DNA of 63,995 nt, the filler included, from Octopus bimaculoides (lineage: Eukaryota): the NCBI RefSeq assembly GCF_001194135.2. It is 6 parts of 5 records of this genome, joined end to end, with 100 filler letters (N's around TTAATTAATTAA, not from the genome) between each part and the next. Parts side by side here need not be neighbours in the genome. Positions count along the whole stretch, not along the records: positions 60,565 to 62,873 come from NC_069007.1; positions 62,974 to 63,995 come from NW_026401821.1; 4 more parts are not named here. One strand, written 5' to 3'. Positions within the stretch are counted from its first letter, which is position 1. Each line of letters starts with the position of its first letter. The position numbers and the translations under genes are program-made. Positions 61,732 to 63,995 of the stretch are shown one piece after another. The notes beneath the pieces are model-generated. The model saw only the letters and a program-made list of their open reading frames with translations. It was not told where the DNA came from and ran no database searches.

Positions 61732-61991
61732 TACAGCGTGTCCCCAAAATATATACACACTGATAAACTCACTTAGTATTCATTTCTTTTTAGATATATA
61801 CAGCGTGTCCCCAAAATATATNNNNNNNNNNAGTATTCATTTCTTTTTAGATATATACAGCGTGTCCCCAAAATATATACACACTGATAAACTCACTTAG
61901 TATTCATTTCTTTTTAGATATATACAGTGTGTCCCCAAAATATATACACACTTTAACCGCTGATAAACTCACTTAGTGTTCATTTCTTTTT
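61732..61991 (+). repeat. 67-bp tandem repeat of a Tc1/mariner terminus (at least 4 units; gap inside)
   Basis: Unit TA|CAG(C/T)GTGTCCCCAAAATATATACACAC..TGATAAACTCACTTAGTATTCATTTCTTTTTAGATATA; CAG starts at 61734, 61801, 61858 and 61925. Confidence 0.9.
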
Positions 61992-62360
61992 AGATTTAAC
62001 CCATAAGAAATAATAAAGGGGACCAGACTAAGCGTTGAAGAAAGAAATTTATCCTGAAATGTCAATGGATGTTTGAAAAATGCTGTTGAAGTTGCGAAGA
62101 GAGTTTAGGAGGGAGTTTCAAATCGATTCATCTGTGAAACTTAGCATCAATTGATTTAGAGATAAGTTTAAGGCAAATGAAACAGTTCAGAATGTCCACA
62201 AGAAACATTCTGGAAGTCTACGGACATCAATAAGTCTAACAAAGCCTGATAGAAACGCATGGCAAAGGTCCAAGAGAAAAAAAAAATCTGTGCAGTCAGT
62301 CGAGAGTCGGGAAATCCAAATTTCAAAAACCAAGAGTCCATTGCATTTAGAAGCGTTGTT
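61925..62360 (+). mobile_element. 5' fragment of a Tc1/mariner element (TIR plus N-terminal DNA-binding region, decayed)
   Basis: TA|CAGTGTGTCCCCAAAA TIR; frameshifted translation RLSVEER..NAVEV..EFRREFQ..RDKFKANETVQNVHKKHSG..RTS resembles the DUF4817-type N-terminus. Confidence 0.75.
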
Positions 62361-62550
62361 ACTGGAAAAGACACGTTTACTCACGCACACACGCATTGTA
62401 TATATAAATATCTACATATATACACACATGAATGTTCATTGTCTGAATATCTTTAGTCTTTGGTTCTCTCATTTTGCATGTAATAAATATGGATGTATAT
62501 TTTCTACATCAAGCACAAGCTTGTTTGATCGTTTATTTTTTATCGTTATT

Positions 62551-62873
62551 ACTCTTTTACTCTTTTACTTGTTTCAGTCATTTGACTGTGGCCATGCTGG
62601 AGCACCGCCTTTAGTCGAGCAAATCGACCCCAGGACTTATTCTTAGTAAGCCTAGTACTTATTCTATCGGTCTATTTTGCCGAACCGCTAAGTTACGTTG
62701 ACGTAAACACACAAGCATCGGTTGTCAAGCGATGTTGGGGGGACAAACACAGACACACAAATACATATATATATATATGTACATATATACGACGGGCTTC
62801 TTTCAGTTTCCGTCTACCAAATCCACTCACAAGGCTTTGGTGGGCCCGAGGCTATAGTAGAAGACACTTGCCC
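62551..62873 (-). mobile_element. SINE family A, near full length (head cut by the spacer); shows the internal TA/CA microsatellite intact
   Basis: Continuous tail, 3' half, short (TA)n linker, then GACGGGCTTCTTTCAGTTTCCGTCTACCAAATCCACTCACAAGGCTTTGG..GAAGACACTTGCCC. Confidence 0.92.
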
Positions 62874-62973
62874 NNNNNNNNNNNNNNNNNNNNNNNNNNN
62901 NNNNNNNNNNNNNNNNNTTAATTAATTAANNNNNNNNNNNNNNNNNNNNNNNNNNNNNNNNNNNNNNNNNNNN
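62874..62973. other. Artificial 100-nt scaffold spacer
   Basis: N44-TTAATTAATTAA-N44. Confidence 0.95.
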
Positions 62974-63482
62974 GCCATTAATAGCCGACGAGAATGCATC
63001 GTAGCTCTTCGCTCCGACATTCGTAACTCCGAGTACTATAATGACAACTTTTTACTGTTTGTCCTAAACTATGTGTGTGTGTGTGTGTGTCAGAGGCGAC
63101 GCCGTGTGATCAACGTCATTCGGGCTCATCACAGATTTCACATAGGGGTCGATAAAATAAAGTACCAATAAAGTACTGAGACTCCATGGAATAAATCAGA
63201 GGTACACAACCATTTTTAGCCTACGGACCTCTTTCTGTCTTATTTTACATAGGTGGGCCCTCAGCCATTCAATTTTCAGAACATCCCATTACTATATTTT
63301 TATAATCAAATAGTTAGGAATTATATTAAAAATATATAAATATTTTGTGTATCGTAGAATTATAACCAATTTATTGCATACAAATTTAACAACAGAATCT
63401 TATATGGAACTCCCTAAGGGGAGGGTATAGATTAAGCCCACTGTCCCCTCAAGATTACAGTCCTTGTGACTAGATTAAAGCA

Positions 63483-63690
63483 ACGATCTGGCAAAATCGT
63501 TAGCGCACGAGCAAGATGCTTTGCGGTATTTCTTTCGACTCTTTACATTCTGAATTTAAATGCCACCTAGGGCAATTTTGTCTTTCATCTTTTCAGGGGT
63601 CGACAAAATAAAGTACTGGGTTTCATTGTATAAACTAAGCCCCCCACCACCTCCTCCTCTCAAAATTACTGGCCTTGAGCTTAAATTACA
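63483..63690 (+). mobile_element. SINE family B copy, degraded
   Basis: CTGGCAAAATCGTTAGCGC..TTCTGAATTTAAAT..TTTCATCTTTTCAGGGGTCGACAAAATAAAGTAC. Confidence 0.75.
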
Positions 63691-63995
63691 AACTATATTA
63701 CAAACATATTGCGTTATAAGCAACAGCCCAGCCCTTGCCATCATGCGAAAATTCATGCATAAGCGAATCAGAGCATACAAGAATTAAAATATTGTGGAGG
63801 GACAGTAATAGCTCACAGGAATATAATTAGTATTCACATCTCTTGTTTCATCTACGGATGCAAATTTTGCAGTTTGGATGGCTGGCATTATACGGATGTT
63901 TAGTTAGCAAACAAATCTACACCACCACCACCATTATTACCGACACGGCGATCTCTTTTCTCTCCCTCCCACTCTCTCTCTCTCTCTCTCTCTCT

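Noticed and set aside
61732-61991. Regular repeats resembling a CRISPR array
   Set aside because: The units are contiguous and near-identical with no unique spacers, there are no cas genes, the context is eukaryotic, and the unit is a transposon end

Overview
AT-rich, microsatellite-dense eukaryotic draft-assembly DNA with many N gaps. The SINE families and repeat landscape look like an octopod cephalopod, probably Octopus; this is an inference from recalled repeat motifs, not a database match. Five identical 100-nt spacers (N44-TTAATTAATTAA-N44) show that the window is six joined assembly pieces, so adjacency across them is not guaranteed. One gene is solid: a + strand two-exon CDS, join(5127..5275,6555..10230), 1274 aa. 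It encodes an AT-hook, poly-Q, C2H2 zinc-finger protein of the ZFP91/ZNF653/ZNF692/ZNF276 type, and its small first coding exon aligns without gaps to a ribbon-helix-helix pattern. A weaker multi-exon candidate gene lies on the - strand at about 36.8-39.5 kb, with a possible 2-nt microexon or recursive splice site. The rest is transposon debris and simple repeats: tRNA-derived SINEs, RTE, R4/Dong, Penelope and Tx1-like LINE pieces, mariner/Tc1 remnants and hAT MITEs. I found no CRISPR array, rRNA or true tRNA gene and no convincing novel multi-gene system. The most interesting signals are the RHH-like exon, R4/Dong elements at (TAA)n microsatellites, a palindromic Tc1/mariner derivative built from two 3' ends, a minisatellite made from a transposon terminus, and hammerhead-like motifs.
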